64,000 bases of DNA from Eledone cirrhosa (GCA_964016885.1 OZ024752.1:15128001-15192000), one strand, 5' to 3'; counted from the stretch's first letter, positions 14,074-28,428 are shown. The notes: generated by a model from the letters alone, not told the origin. Program-made: numbers and translations.

Positions 14074-14212
14074 TAACGAAGGAAATGTGGTAAGGAACCA
14101 GGTGGACCATAACGCACCAAAGTACTCAATACTTGAGGTAGTAGAGTGGGTAATAGGAACCAGTAAGACCCCGACAGCTGAGCTCAAGCCGTCGGGGTCT
14201 TACTGGTTCCTA
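14074..14212 (-). mobile_element. Short PLE-type terminus with fold-back
   Basis: Inverted repeat TAGGAACCAGTAAGACCCCGAC/GTCGGGGTCTTACTGGTTCCTA; hairpin at 14121-14147; same family at 29046-29148, 37258-37410 and 40570-40615; between (TA)n. Confidence 0.7.
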
Positions 14213-14232
14213 TAAATATATATATATATATA

Positions 14233-14986
14233 ATAATGATGAGCTGCGCGTTGCAAATGGGGTACATATGAAAAAGTAAGTCCTTCATCAGTGACCCTCC
14301 AACCGTCCCAGGCATTTCATCGCTTTAAGGGCCATATACCTCAGGTTGGTGCGAACAACGGCTAAAAAAAGTCGTTGGGACACGTAAATAAAGGGGACGT
14401 TAGGGTAACAAACAAAATGGTTTCAAAATGGTTTCATCAAAATGGTTTTCAACTTTCACTCACTCATTCTCTGTCACTACCTCTCCTCCTCCTCCTCCTC
14501 CTCCCCCTCCTCCTCCTCCTCCTCCTCCTCCTCCTCCTCCTCTTTCCTCCTCTTTCTTCCCGTTTGACCTGTGTGTAATTCTTTTCTCGCGCGTTCTTGG
14601 TCAAGCCGGTATGAATTTTTTTTCTCTCTCCCTCTTTCGTCTGCGACTTCACAAAACTTATGTTTACCGAATTCGTAGACCTTCTTCTTCTTCCCCCCGT
14701 TAGACCTGTGCGAAATTCCTTCCTTGCTCACATTTCAACCAGGTTTGATGGTCTTTTGTCTCTTGTTCACGATTTCACCGAGTTTATATTCATAGAAATC
14801 TGGGACTTGTCTCTTTCTTCTCACTTTCCGTTGCTTAAACCATTTTGTTTGTTACCCTAACGTCCCCTTTATTTACGTGTCCCAACGACTTTTTTTAGCC
14901 GTTGTTCGCACCAACCTGAGGTATATGGCCCTTAAAGCGATGAAATGCCTGGGACGGTTGGAGGGTCACTGATGAAGGACTTACGT

Positions 14987-14992
<6 letters not shown>
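14233..14992. mobile_element. Fold-back PLE-like insertion (~155-bp inverted arms plus ~35-nt tail)
   Basis: 14268-14421 is the reverse complement of 14836-14992; CTGATGA near the arm end; (TA)n on both sides. Confidence 0.65.
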
Positions 14993-15026
<34 letters not shown>

Positions 15027-15058
15027 AGATCAAAAGATGGTTAAATGAGTTCCATGTA

Positions 15059-15125
15059 TTTTATTATGCGCATTTCAAAAACAAACATCATCATGCAATA
15101 ATATTTGTGTTTTCATCAGATAAAA
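15059..15125 (-). ncRNA. Type I hammerhead ribozyme (inverted copy)
   Basis: Reverse complement of 15254-15320. Confidence 0.8.
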
Positions 15126-15253
15126 CAGGAGAACATGATATGAAGGCTAAAAAACACTTGTGGATAGTGCAGTTTTAAATCAACATATCATTATGTTGAT
15201 TTAAAACTGCACTATCCACAAGTGTTTTTTAGCCTTCATATCATGTTCTCCTG

Positions 15254-15320
15254 TTTTATCTGATGAAAACACAAATATTATTGCATGATGATGTTTGTTT
15301 TTGAAATGCGCATAATAAAA
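15254..15320 (+). ncRNA. Type I hammerhead ribozyme, palindromic stem III
   Basis: TTTTAT-CTGATGA-stem II-GAAA-TGCGCA-TA-ATAAAA. Confidence 0.85.
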
Positions 15321-15555
15321 TACATGGAACTCCTTTAACCATCTTTTGATCTTATATTATGTATACTCCAGTCCTACAAACTGTAGAGTGCTTCTTACCC
15401 GATATCTGCATTGCTTTATTGTACTACAATAAAACTCACCTCCTACATATATATATATTTATATATATATTTATATATATATATATATTTATATATATTT
15501 ATATTTATATATATATATATTTATATATTTATATATATTTATATATATTTATATT

Positions 15556-15588
<33 letters not shown>

Positions 15589-15629
15589 ATATATTTATAT
15601 ATTTATATATATTTATATATATTTATATT

Positions 15630-15662
<33 letters not shown>

Positions 15663-15677
15663 ATTTATATATATATT

Positions 15678-15712
<35 letters not shown>

Positions 15713-15749
15713 ATATTTATATATGTATATATTTATATATACATATATT

Positions 15750-15782
<33 letters not shown>

Positions 15783-15859
15783 ATATAAATATTTATATAT
15801 ATATATATATTTATATATGTATATATTTATATATATATATATTTATATATTTATATATT

Positions 15860-15908
<49 letters not shown>

Positions 15909-16128
15909 ATTTATAGTATTAGTTATACTATTTATGGTTATGTAAACACAAAACCTTAAGCAGTTGTAAGTATTTTACACACACCCTAAATAGTGGTAGG
16001 CAGTAATGTATTACTACCTTATTACCAGTAAGTTAAGTAGCTCAATGTAAAAACATCAGATGATTTACAGAGCAGTTATATGAAATATATGAAATATAAG
16101 AATCAAAGAACTGTTCAAAACATTATTG

Positions 16129-16175
16129 TGCTTACAGCTGTTTCCTCCAAACCGAGGTTTGGATTCTTCGGAGCA
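16129..16175 (-). ncRNA. Hammerhead ribozyme in the 3' pLTR (CCGAAGA core variant)
   Basis: TGCT-CCGAAGA-ATCCAAACC TC GGTTTGGAG-GAAA-CAGCTG-TA-AGCA; further copies at 20328-20374 (-) and 20527-20573 (+). Confidence 0.7.
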
Positions 16176-17618
16176 ATTTATTAATGCATGGACAGTTATA
16201 TGACCTCCTTTTCAGCCGAGAGACACACCAATACATATTCAAACATTGATACATATTCAAACATTGTGGGTCAACATTCATTACAGAATTTAGAGTGGCA
16301 GTACACACTTCGAGATTACATTTATATTAATAGGTACAATCAAAAATCAAAGATATAGGTTAAAGTACAACATGAAGATAAGTGGTTATATAGTGCAAAT
16401 GTTATATGTGTGGCACGCATGTGCGTCTTGTTTATATAGTGTGGCAGAGAGATATGTGTGGTGGAGGCACTTAGGTAGGTAAATAAGAGTGTTAGGTTGG
16501 TAGATCTGGTGGCAAAGTCTTTATATGATTGATATAGTCTGTGTGTGGAGAAATATTATAAGCATTAAAGATAGTGCAAGCATTAAAAGTGTTATAAGTA
16601 TTGGAGATGCACAGCGCAGGGATGTCAAGTAATTCATGTACTTCGGTATTTTCATGGTCAAGGGAGTGTATATTTCGATTATATGCCTTTCACATAATCC
16701 ACGACAATCCAGTTAGAGATCGTAGTCTGGTGTTCTTTAGTTCGATACAGGAGGTTGTTACGTTTCGAGAGACGTCATTGAATACCGGAAGTGTGTGTGT
16801 GGCTAAGGGGAGTTAATGCATGCGGGGAGGTAACTCTGGGGTTTCTATATCTAGCCATTAAAATGTGTCCCAATATAGACCCTAAATTCTATGGTGAGGT
16901 GCACCTTCCAAGAGAGACTTTTAAAGCATAAAGTGTACTAACTATAGAGTAGTTTAACTAAATTATGCTGAAGGTGATCATATTATTATTAAGGTGGATT
17001 AACCCATCTTAAGGTGCTACAAATGGAAATTATAGATGATGAGCGAGGATTCTAAATTAATGATCTCTGTGGTTGTAGTCTGCTCATATGACCAGGCGCG
17101 GTGATTGCAGGATTGCTTCAGGACCCAATGATCTCTGGTAAGATCTGGGTCATCGCTTGCTACATTGGATGTCGAAAGATAATCATCCCCAGGCAGGCCA
17201 AGGGTCAATCCGCAGTCCTCGCGACCCCTCTCTGACCGTCAGATCATCCATATACGTACAACCCGCACGGCAGTTGCATTGCATTCACTCACTGCGCTCA
17301 GCAGCCTGGTCCTCCTGGTCAACAGCGCTACTCGATTAAATCATTTTACATCTGTCTAAGGAAGGTGTTTCCTCTGCCCAACACCATCCAACCGATCAAT
17401 TCATGCTCAAATTACCCTTAGAGCGGTGTAGTGCCGTCCAGGTGGGTGGATGTTGTCACACCTGCCGTAGAGGTATAAATGGGTATTTTCCCTGCGAAGG
17501 GTTCCAGAGGGATGTCGTTGTTTGTGTTATAATGGATCAGCTAGTGTTGGGTATGTAGTATAGGGTGTGTCTCTGGTGTTTGATGCTAGATGTGGTGTTA
17601 GGTTCCAGTCCGACATTG

Positions 17619-20078
17619 CTATATATGGGGCTTAAAGTTTTGGAAGGAATGTCTGAGGCGGTGCTGGCAAGTTGCAAACACCTCAGATTTTTTGTTAAGT
17701 AGGTTACGGTTGGAGAAGATAATATTGTGTGTCTCTAGTATACAGAGGTTACAGAATTTATTAGGTGGTTTGTACGAGGTCGCGCTGCCTATCACTTCCC
17801 ATTTGAGTGTGTATGGTTTATTTTTAGATTTTAGATAGTGTATGTAGCTAGAAAGTGAGGTGGAGTTGGCTAGGCTGTGCTTTTTGAACGAGTGGATGTG
17901 CGAGTTATATCTAATTTTGAAGCAGTTAGAAGTGGAGCCTACATAGGTTTCTGAAGAGTTATTAGTCGTGACTGTGCATGAGTATATGACATCCTTGGTT
18001 AGGCATTTTTTATCTAAAGGGCAGGTTCTATTAGCTCTACAGTTACAATTATTCTGTGCGTTAGTCCGCTGGTTATAATGCAATGCGGAAGTCTGTGTGG
18101 TGGATATAGGATTTTGGGTGTTCAGGTTGACAACCCTGGTGTTATTACTTATACTAGTGTTATTTCTATTGTTACTGCCGTTGCTATTGTTGCTTGCTAC
18201 AGTGGTATTTAGAGGGTTTGCATCCCGTTGCGATTTTGTTTGTTGGAAGTAAGAACTAATTTTACTATTATTGCTGCTAGCTATGTGGTATGCTAAGTTA
18301 GGCGTCGTGGAGTATGAGATTTTAATGGTGTTTTTGTTTAAGAGGTTGTGGTACTTGTGTCCTAGAGGGAAGTTTTTATCTAGTAGTGAGAAGAAAGCCC
18401 TAGGTATGTTGGTGGAGACATTTAGGTTGAAAGGAGGGTTGAAAAATGTATTATTTCTTCTTCTATTTTTGCTTTTAGTGTTTGGTGTGTTGCTTCCTCC
18501 CAAGGCCTCACAGTAGTTTCCATGGTAATGGTTACTTCCGGTGGCACCCTCCGCTTTGGTGTACTTGTGGTTGCTATTCCTATTATTAGATTTCCTCATG
18601 GACATGTTGTGCGAGATGATGTTGTAGCTATGTGTTTTCTTAGGTAGGAACTCAATTTCTATATTATGGCCGGAGCTAGCTAATGCTTGATTGTAATATT
18701 GTGAGTTTTTGCTAAATATGTTTGCGTCATAGGACAGACTAGAGATTCTATTGGACACCCCCTTAGAGATAGAGTTTAATATTGATCTAGGGTGATTAGA
18801 CTTGGTATCTACGTAAATAAGTTTCTCATTAGGCTTATGGAAGGGTGTATATATTTTTGAGTCTAGGTATAGTGTGGCGTCTAGGAAGTTAACATTTTTA
18901 GTGTTTTTGTCCATGGTGATACTAAGGTTAAAGTTTTTGAATGTCTTATGCAGTTGTTTTCTAGTTCTTTCTATATTAAATTTTTTATATTCTATGAGTA
19001 GAAGTGCATCATCGCGGTACAAACCACCGTTGAGGTAAGGGAGGTCTTTATGGATTTCATTGAGGAGGTATAGGCCGACCAAATCAGTGACCTGCGCCGA
19101 GTCACTAGATCCCATGGTTATGTCGAAGTTGTTGTGCGTATCCTTGCGTGTCCATAGTTGGTCCTCGAAGGTGATTATGGTTTTACGGGCCGCAAGGATG
19201 ACATCAACCTGGGCTCTAGTCAGGTCGCTATTGGTCATGGCCATGATAAGTGCCTTATTTAATAGGATAGGGGAAATAGAGGTGTAGTATGAATTGATAT
19301 CAAATTGAATAAATTTTTTGTTCTTATTATTCTTGATATCCTTAAACCATTCAATTACTTCACCCGTATTTCCCCATTGTTTAAGGTGTATCTTGTGTTT
19401 AATTTGTGGGATGATTTTATCCAAAATCTTCTTGCTGATAATACCAATGTCGGACTTGGAAGGGCAGATAAGTCTTATCGTGGGGTTGCTGATGAAGTTC
19501 TCCTTATGGTCCTTCAGAGAGAATCTAGGGGGGTTCGGAGTGAAAGGTTGTGTATGCCTCTGTAGTCCTAGTTTAGACACTATATTATAACCCTCTACAT
19601 TAATATCTTCTAAGTTTTTCAAGGTGGTTTTTTTGTAGCTTTTATGTAGTTCATTATATATAAACTTTCTATAAGTAATATAATCTAGGCTGTATATGTT
19701 ATTAGTTTTATCTGCGTGTACAATAATTTTATTACTAGTTTTGAATCCACTAATAGAAGTGTTAAGTTTGTTTAAGAAGGTGTTGCTTCTAATATGGTGC
19801 TTATTGTATTTAATGTTCTTAACTAGTTTAACTAGGTCATTTTCAAAGGAGTTAAGTAGAGTGTTATGAGGGGGGCTTTTAAAGGTTTTAAAGCCGAAGG
19901 AGTCAAAATTGTTAGTATTATTCAAGTTGTTAGATTTGTTTCTATCATAATGGAATGTCCTCCATCTCACTCTATTGATAAATGAATTTACACTGTTGAT
20001 CAGCAATTTCTCATATGTATTCCTGGATGGTATTGGTATGTTCTTGGTTGACATGGGGAGTTGGTCTTTGATTAGCAT
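17619..20078 (-). CDS. PLE reverse transcriptase - GIY-YIG endonuclease polyprotein (819 aa)
   Basis: Motifs ADKT, QFDINSYY, FDITMGS, GLYRDD, FLD, HP, FNPPF; C-terminal CNC-x5-C, VIY..YVG, CNLC, LLNKKSE..CQH. Confidence 0.93.
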   Translation of the reverse strand: MLIKDQLPMSTKNIPIPSRNTYEKLLINSVNSFINRVRWRTFHYDRNKSNNLNNTNNFDSFGFKTFKSPPHNTLLNSFENDLVKLVKNIKYNKHHIRSNTFLNKLNTSISGFKTSNKIIVHADKTNNIYSLDYITYRKFIYNELHKSYKKTTLKNLEDINVEGYNIVSKLGLQRHTQPFTPNPPRFSLKDHKENFISNPTIRLICPSKSDIGIISKKILDKIIPQIKHKIHLKQWGNTGEVIEWFKDIKNNKNKKFIQFDINSYYTSISPILLNKALIMAMTNSDLTRAQVDVILAARKTIITFEDQLWTRKDTHNNFDITMGSSDSAQVTDLVGLYLLNEIHKDLPYLNGGLYRDDALLLIEYKKFNIERTRKQLHKTFKNFNLSITMDKNTKNVNFLDATLYLDSKIYTPFHKPNEKLIYVDTKSNHPRSILNSISKGVSNRISSLSYDANIFSKNSQYYNQALASSGHNIEIEFLPKKTHSYNIISHNMSMRKSNNRNSNHKYTKAEGATGSNHYHGNYCEALGGSNTPNTKSKNRRRNNTFFNPPFNLNVSTNIPRAFFSLLDKNFPLGHKYHNLLNKNTIKISYSTTPNLAYHIASSNNSKISSYFQQTKSQRDANPLNTTVASNNSNGSNNRNNTSISNNTRVVNLNTQNPISTTQTSALHYNQRTNAQNNCNCRANRTCPLDKKCLTKDVIYSCTVTTNNSSETYVGSTSNCFKIRYNSHIHSFKKHSLANSTSLSSYIHYLKSKNKPYTLKWEVIGSATSYKPPNKFCNLCILETHNIIFSNRNLLNKKSEVFATCQHRLRHSFQNFKPHI

Positions 20079-20642
20079 ATTGGCAATATTATATGTCAGC
20101 TCAACGATATGGAGCAGTTAATAGTATTAGTTATACTATTTATGGTTATGTAAACACAAAACCTTAAGCAGTTGTAAGTATTTTACACACACCCTAAATA
20201 GTGGTAGGCAGTAATGTATTACTACCTTATTACCAGTAAGTTAAGTAGCTCAATGTAAAAACATCAGATGATTTACAGAGCAGTTATATGAAATATAAGA
20301 ATCAAAGAACTGTTCAAAACATTATTGTGCTTACAGCCGTTTCCTCCAAACCGAGGTTTGGATTCTTCGGAGCAATTTATTAATGCATGGACAGTTATAT
20401 GACCTCCTTTTCAGCCGAGAATGAATGTTGACCCACAATGTTTGAATATGTATCAATGTTTGAATATGTATTGGTGTGTCTCTCGGCTGAAAAGGAGGTC
20501 ATATAACTGTCCATGCATTAATAAATTGCTCCGAAGAATCCAAACCTCGGTTTGGAGGAAACAGCTGTAAGCACAATAATGTTTTGAACAGTTCTTTGAT
20601 TCTTATATTTCATATATATATTTATATATATTTATATATATA

Positions 20643-20757
<115 letters not shown>

Positions 20758-21119
20758 ATATATATTTCCTAATATTGATACCATAACGTTAATAACTTTA
20801 ATTTAGTTATACTATAATTAATACTCTACTACTATTTAACTTCAAAATTCTGCTTCAAATATTATAAACCTAACTAATTTACACCTTAGAAATCAATATG
20901 TTAACTTTCTTTGGTTTAGTTAACATATAATTAATGGTATACTTATTTTGAAATGCATAATTTTGCCTTATTTCTTGCATTTCCTAACACTGAAACTATG
21001 TAAAAACATATATTGAGATCCAAATACAGATTAATATTCTATGTTTCTTGAAACATATATTTACTATAATCCCCTTCTCCACCCCCCCCTTTCCCCCATA
21101 CTATTATCATTTGTGTTTG

Positions 21120-21337
21120 TAAGCGTGTATGTATGAATATATATGTAGGTAGGTGTATATATGTTTGGGTGTTTATATCTGAGTATAAAAATACATATAT
21201 GCGCATGCAAATAAGAATGTATGATTGTGTGTATATATATATGTATGTATATATATATGTGTATATATGCATGTGTATATATATGTGTATGTATATATAT
21301 ATATGTGTGTATATGTGTATATATGTGTGGGCGTGTA

Positions 21338-21368
<31 letters not shown>

Positions 21369-22407
21369 GTGTGTATGTATGTGTATGTATATATGTGTAT
21401 GTATATGTATGTCTCTCTATATATATGTCTATCTTCGTATCTATGTGGGTATATGTGTGTATGTACATGTATGCACATGTATATGTTTATGTGTATATGT
21501 GTGTATGTGTATATATGTACGTGTGCGCACATATATATGTGAGTGTGTGTGTGTGTGTGTATATATGAATATGTATATCTATGTGTGTATATATATATTC
21601 GTATGTGTATATATATATATATTATTTATTATTATAATATAACTTATGTGTATATATATATATGTGAAGGTGTGTATATGTATATATATGTATATGTATG
21701 TGTAAAAATATATATGTGTATGTGTGTTTTTGTGTGTGTATATATATATGTATATATATGTGTGTATGTATGTGTTTGTATGTGTGTTTATGGTTGTATG
21801 TGTGTGTGTGTATATATATAAATGTATGTGTATATATATATATATATGTGTATATGTATCTCTATTAATGTGTGTATATATGTATATGTATATACCTTTT
21901 TCTTTGTATGTCTGAGTTGTGTGAGAGTGTAGTGGTGTTTGTATGTATATACGCATATATGGATGCGTATGTATTTGTATATATGTATGTATATATATAT
22001 ATATATATGAATATATATATATATATATGTATATGTATCTCTATTTGTATGTGTATATGTGTATATGTATATACCTTTTTCTTTGTATGTCTGAGTTGTG
22101 TGAGAATGTAGTGGTGTTTTGTATGTATATACCGATATATGGATGCGTAAGTATTTGTATATATGCGTATATATAAGTACGTATGTGTGGGTGAATATAT
22201 TTCTATGTCTATGTATGAGTATGTATGTGTGTGTATGTATGTGTGTATGTGTGTATGTATGTATGTATGTATGTATGTATGTATATGTGTATATATATAT
22301 GTATGTATGTGTATGTCTGTATGTATATAAGTATGTATGTGTATGTATATGTGCGTGTATGTGTATATATATGCGTGTCTATATATGTGTGTGTGTATAT
22401 ATGTGTA

Positions 22408-22474
<67 letters not shown>

Positions 22475-22539
22475 ATATGTGTGTATATGTATATATGTAT
22501 ATGTTTATATATGTGTGTGTGTGTGTGTTGTATGTGTAG

Positions 22540-22590
<51 letters not shown>
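21120..22590. repeat. Compound (TA)n/(TG)n microsatellite region
   Basis: Direct inspection. Confidence 0.9.
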
Positions 22591-22592
<2 letters not shown>

Positions 22593-23203
22593 CTTGATAT
22601 ATTTCTTTTTTCTTTTTTCTTTTTCTTTTCTTTTCTTTTTATTTCGAAGTTTATAGATACATCTATAAATAAGCAGTCTGCCCAAACAGTTGAATACTGA
22701 CCTCTCCCACCCTCCCACCTAATTTCTGTATCTTGATCTAAATGTGTGTGGCAGTGTTTATGTGAGTGAATTAATATCCATGTGCTTATGATAATATTAT
22801 ATCCACATATATATGTGTGTGGGGGTGTGTGTGTGTATGTATGTTCGTAATTATGTGTATGTTTATGCATATACGCGCGCGTGTGTGTGAGTGTATGGAT
22901 ATGTGTGAGTATGAGAATATGTGTATACACTTATTTCATATTTATGTGTCTATACGCATTTTATCTGTGGATTATAAACTTACAGAGACATTAGCCTTAA
23001 ATTTTTTGTATTTGCATACATCTTTTTTGGCATGCGTATGCATGTTGAGCATATATCTTTGTATAAATATGTGTACGGGGTTAGTTACATGTATATACAC
23101 ACACCAAACTGCATAAAACTTTTTGTATTTTCATTGGTCAATTTTGAACTCCGTTCCCAAACGGACCTGAATTTTGAATTGTTGTTATTATCAATAAATA
23201 TAT

Positions 23204-23358
23204 TTCATTATTTCTGAAGACGGCATATATGTGTGTTTGGTATGTATATTTAATCTTGATAGTTTGTATAATTTTGTATAATTTTGTACAGAGATCTGTT
23301 GAATATGCATGCCAATTCTAACACATATATATCCTAGAAACGATCGTTAAATAATGAA
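23204..23358 (+). ncRNA. Hammerhead ribozyme with ~116-nt stem II insertion
   Basis: TTCATTATTT-CTGAAGA-[ATATATGTGT...ACACATATAT]-GAAA-CGATCG-TT-AAATAATGAA (10-bp stem I); 3' hairpin at 23426-23509. Confidence 0.7.
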
Positions 23359-23562
23359 CTTTTTTTGTTTAATATAAGAAACTGTTTCATTGTTTTATTC
23401 ATTATTTGTTTAATATTTTATCTTGACTCTGTATTCCGTTTATCTTTCACCGAAAGTGATTTTTCATTACATCTCTTCTTTCCATGATATCCGGAATACA
23501 TTGAGTTCTTCATACGGATTGGACACTACCGTAAACTCTTGGTAGATTTATCTACATATATT

Positions 23563-23595
<33 letters not shown>

Positions 23596-23706
23596 ATATT
23601 ATATATATTTATATATATATATTTATATTTATATTTATATATGAAATTTATATATATATATATTTATATATATTTATATATATATATATTTATATATATA
23701 CATATT

Positions 23707-23763
<57 letters not shown>

Positions 23764-23781
23764 AATATATATATATATATT

Positions 23782-23912
<131 letters not shown>

Positions 23913-23920
23913 TATATATA

Positions 23921-23951
<31 letters not shown>

Positions 23952-23999
23952 TTATTTATATATATATATATTTATATATATATATATATTTATATATAA

Positions 24000-24362
24000 T
24001 GTAGGAGGTGAGTTTTATTGTAGTACAATAAAGCAATGCAGATATCGGATAAGAAGCACTCTACAGTTTGTGGGACTGGAGTATGCATAATATAAGATCA
24101 AAATATGGTTAAAGGAGTTCAATATATTTTATTATGCGCATTTCAAAAACAAACATCATCAAACAATAATATTTGTGTTTTCATCAGATAAAACAGGAGA
24201 ACATGATATGAAGGCTATCAACAAGTGTTTTTTTAGCCTTCATATCATGTTCTCCTGTTTTATCTGATGAAAACACAAATATTATTGTTTGATGATGTTT
24301 GTTTTTGAAATGCGCATAATAAAATATATTGAACTCCTTTAACCATCTTTTGATCTTATATT
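24000..24362 (-). mobile_element. Fold-back hammerhead element, same family as 15020-15446
   Basis: Arms ~24088-24217 and 24235-24362; hammerheads at 24127-24193 (-) and 24258-24324 (+); tail 24000-24087. Confidence 0.85.
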
Positions 24363-24489
24363 ATATTTATATATATATATATATATATTTATTTATAAAT
24401 ATATATATATATATATATTTATTTATTTATATATATATATATTTATATATATATATATATATATATTTATTTATATATATATATATATA

Positions 24490-24522
<33 letters not shown>

Positions 24523-24554
24523 TTATTTATATATATATATATATATATTTATTT

Positions 24555-25551
24555 AAAAACAAATAACGAAACGAAATTAAATTTCGTTTCGTTTGTAACT
24601 CACTTTTGTATGACTGACGCTTAAACAATTAAGTTTAAAATGTACATCCACATATGTATACTGAAATACTAGTATGCATATGAATACACACACGTATACA
24701 TATGTAGATGTACCGAGTTTTTCACTGGTCACTTTACTGTGAGTGTCCAGCTATTCTGTATGTAAACACAGACAAACCGGTTTTTAGAGTCATACTTGTT
24801 TTTGAGGAAACACCTTTCCTCTATTCTCCAGAAAGCCAGACAAGGAATATTGAACTAGTTTCGTTGTTGTTACAACTCATCAGCAATATTTACCTATCTT
24901 CCGGTCTTTCTAGAGAATCGTAAAAGCACATATCGTTATATGCTTTTTCTATGAAAATTAGTAGTGGGCAGACTAATTTGCATAGAGCGTGAGTACGTAC
25001 TGTTCAACAGAGACGATAAAAACAAATAACGAAACGAAATTAAATTTCGTTTCGTTTGTAACTCACTTTTGTATGACTGACGCTTAAACAATTAAGTTAA
25101 AAATGTACATCCACATATGTATACTGAAATACTAGTATGCATATGAATACACACACGTATACATATGTAGATGTACCGAGTTTTTCACTGGTCACTTTAC
25201 TGTGAGTGTCCAGCTATTCTGTATGTAAACACAGACAAACCGGTTTTTAGAGTCATACTGGTTTTTGAGGAAACACCTTTCCTCTATTCTCCAGAAAGCC
25301 AGACAAGGAATATTGAACTAGTTTCATTGTTGTTACAACTCATCAGCAATATTTACCTAACTTCCGGCCTTTCTAGAGAATCGTAAAAGCACATATCGTT
25401 ATATGATTTTTCTATGAAAATTAGTAGTGGGCAGACTAATTTGCATAGACCAGTGAAAAACTCGGTACATCTACATATGTATACGTGTGTGTATTCATAT
25501 GCATTCTAGTATTTCAGTATACATATGTGGATGTACATTTTTAACTTAATT
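24555..25551 (-). mobile_element. Retrozyme-like array: ~2 x 463-bp monomers plus a terminal inversion
   Basis: 24555-25017 is repeated from 25018 to ~25449; 25450-25551 is inverted; one hammerhead per monomer. Confidence 0.85.
24846..24890 (-). ncRNA. Minimal type I hammerhead ribozyme
   Basis: AATATTG-CTGATGA-GTTGT AACA ACAAC-GAAA-CTAG-TT-CAATATT; second copy at 25309-25353. Confidence 0.85.
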
Positions 25552-27690
<2,139 letters not shown>

Positions 27691-27691
27691 A

Positions 27692-28083
27692 ATTAAAAGT
27701 TTAACAAGGTTCAATGAATTCATCAATGAATAAAGTTTCACAATAGATTAGAAGTACTCTACAGTAAGGTTTTCTGGAGTTATTAATATTACTTCATAAT
27801 ATTAATAAATATAGACATTCATGTGATCAAATATATTTTATTATACATATTTCAGAGGTACTGAGCTATTTCAACAGTATGTCCTCATCAGATAGGTTGA
27901 TACCTGACATACCCTGACTATGTTGATGGTTATAACCATCAACATAGTCAGTGTATGTCAGACATCAACTTATTTTATCTGATGAGGACATACTGTTGAA
28001 ACAGCTCAGTACCTCTGAAATATGTATAATAAAATATATTTGACCACATGAATGTCTATATTTATTAATATTTTGAAGTAATA
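27692..28083 (-). mobile_element. Fold-back hammerhead element (palindrome centred at 27932/27933)
   Basis: Arms ~27786-27932 and 27933-28083; tail with hairpin at 27753-27780. Confidence 0.8.
27971..28036 (+). ncRNA. Type I hammerhead ribozyme
   Basis: TATTTTAT-CTGATGA-stem II (TACTG/CAGTA)-GAAA-TATGTA-TA-ATAAAATA; a minus copy at 27834-27894 has a damaged stem I. Confidence 0.75.
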
Positions 28084-28154
28084 TATATATATGTGTGTGT
28101 GAGTGTGTGGGGTGTGTTTGTGTGTGTATGTATGTATGTATATATATATATGTG

Positions 28155-28185
<31 letters not shown>

Positions 28186-28397
28186 ATATATATAGGTGTG
28201 TGTATGTGTGTGTGTATATATGTGTATGTGTATGTATGTGTGTATGTATGTGTATATATATATATGTGTGTGTATATATATTAATGTGTGTGTGTATATA
28301 TATGTGTGTGTATGTATATATGTATGTGTCTGTATATGTATATATATATATATATATATATGTGTGTATATATATATGTGTGCATACATATATGTAC

Positions 28398-28428
<31 letters not shown>

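Larger units (their letters stand above)
15020..15446 (+). mobile_element. Fold-back hammerhead element (near-perfect ~168-bp palindrome arms plus tail)
   Basis: Arms 15020-15187 and 15192-15359 with a 4-nt loop; tail to 15446; same family at 24000-24362 and 35655-36995. Confidence 0.85.
15913..20612 (-). mobile_element. Apparently intact Penelope-like retroelement (Naiad-type) with direct pLTRs and an inverted 5' pLTR
   Basis: RT/GIY-YIG ORF; direct repeat 15913-16221 = 20121-20420; inverted copy 20422-20612; inserted in (TA)n. Confidence 0.93.

Noticed and set aside
14375-14860. Poly-Pro/Leu/Glu/Arg ORFs
   Set aside because: Arise from a (CCT)n tract inside a repeat spacer
14960-14992. 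Hammerhead at CTGATGA in the 14233-14992 fold-back
   Set aside because: No matching GAAA, stem III or stem I could be folded
16282-17618. SECIS or selenoprotein in the Naiad (known for some Naiads)
   Set aside because: The ORF has no in-frame TGA, and I could not fit a convincing AUGA/AA/GA SECIS by eye
24708-25386. Duplicated 71-aa ORF
   Set aside because: Antisense to the hammerhead monomer, no recognisable domain; duplicated only because the repeat is
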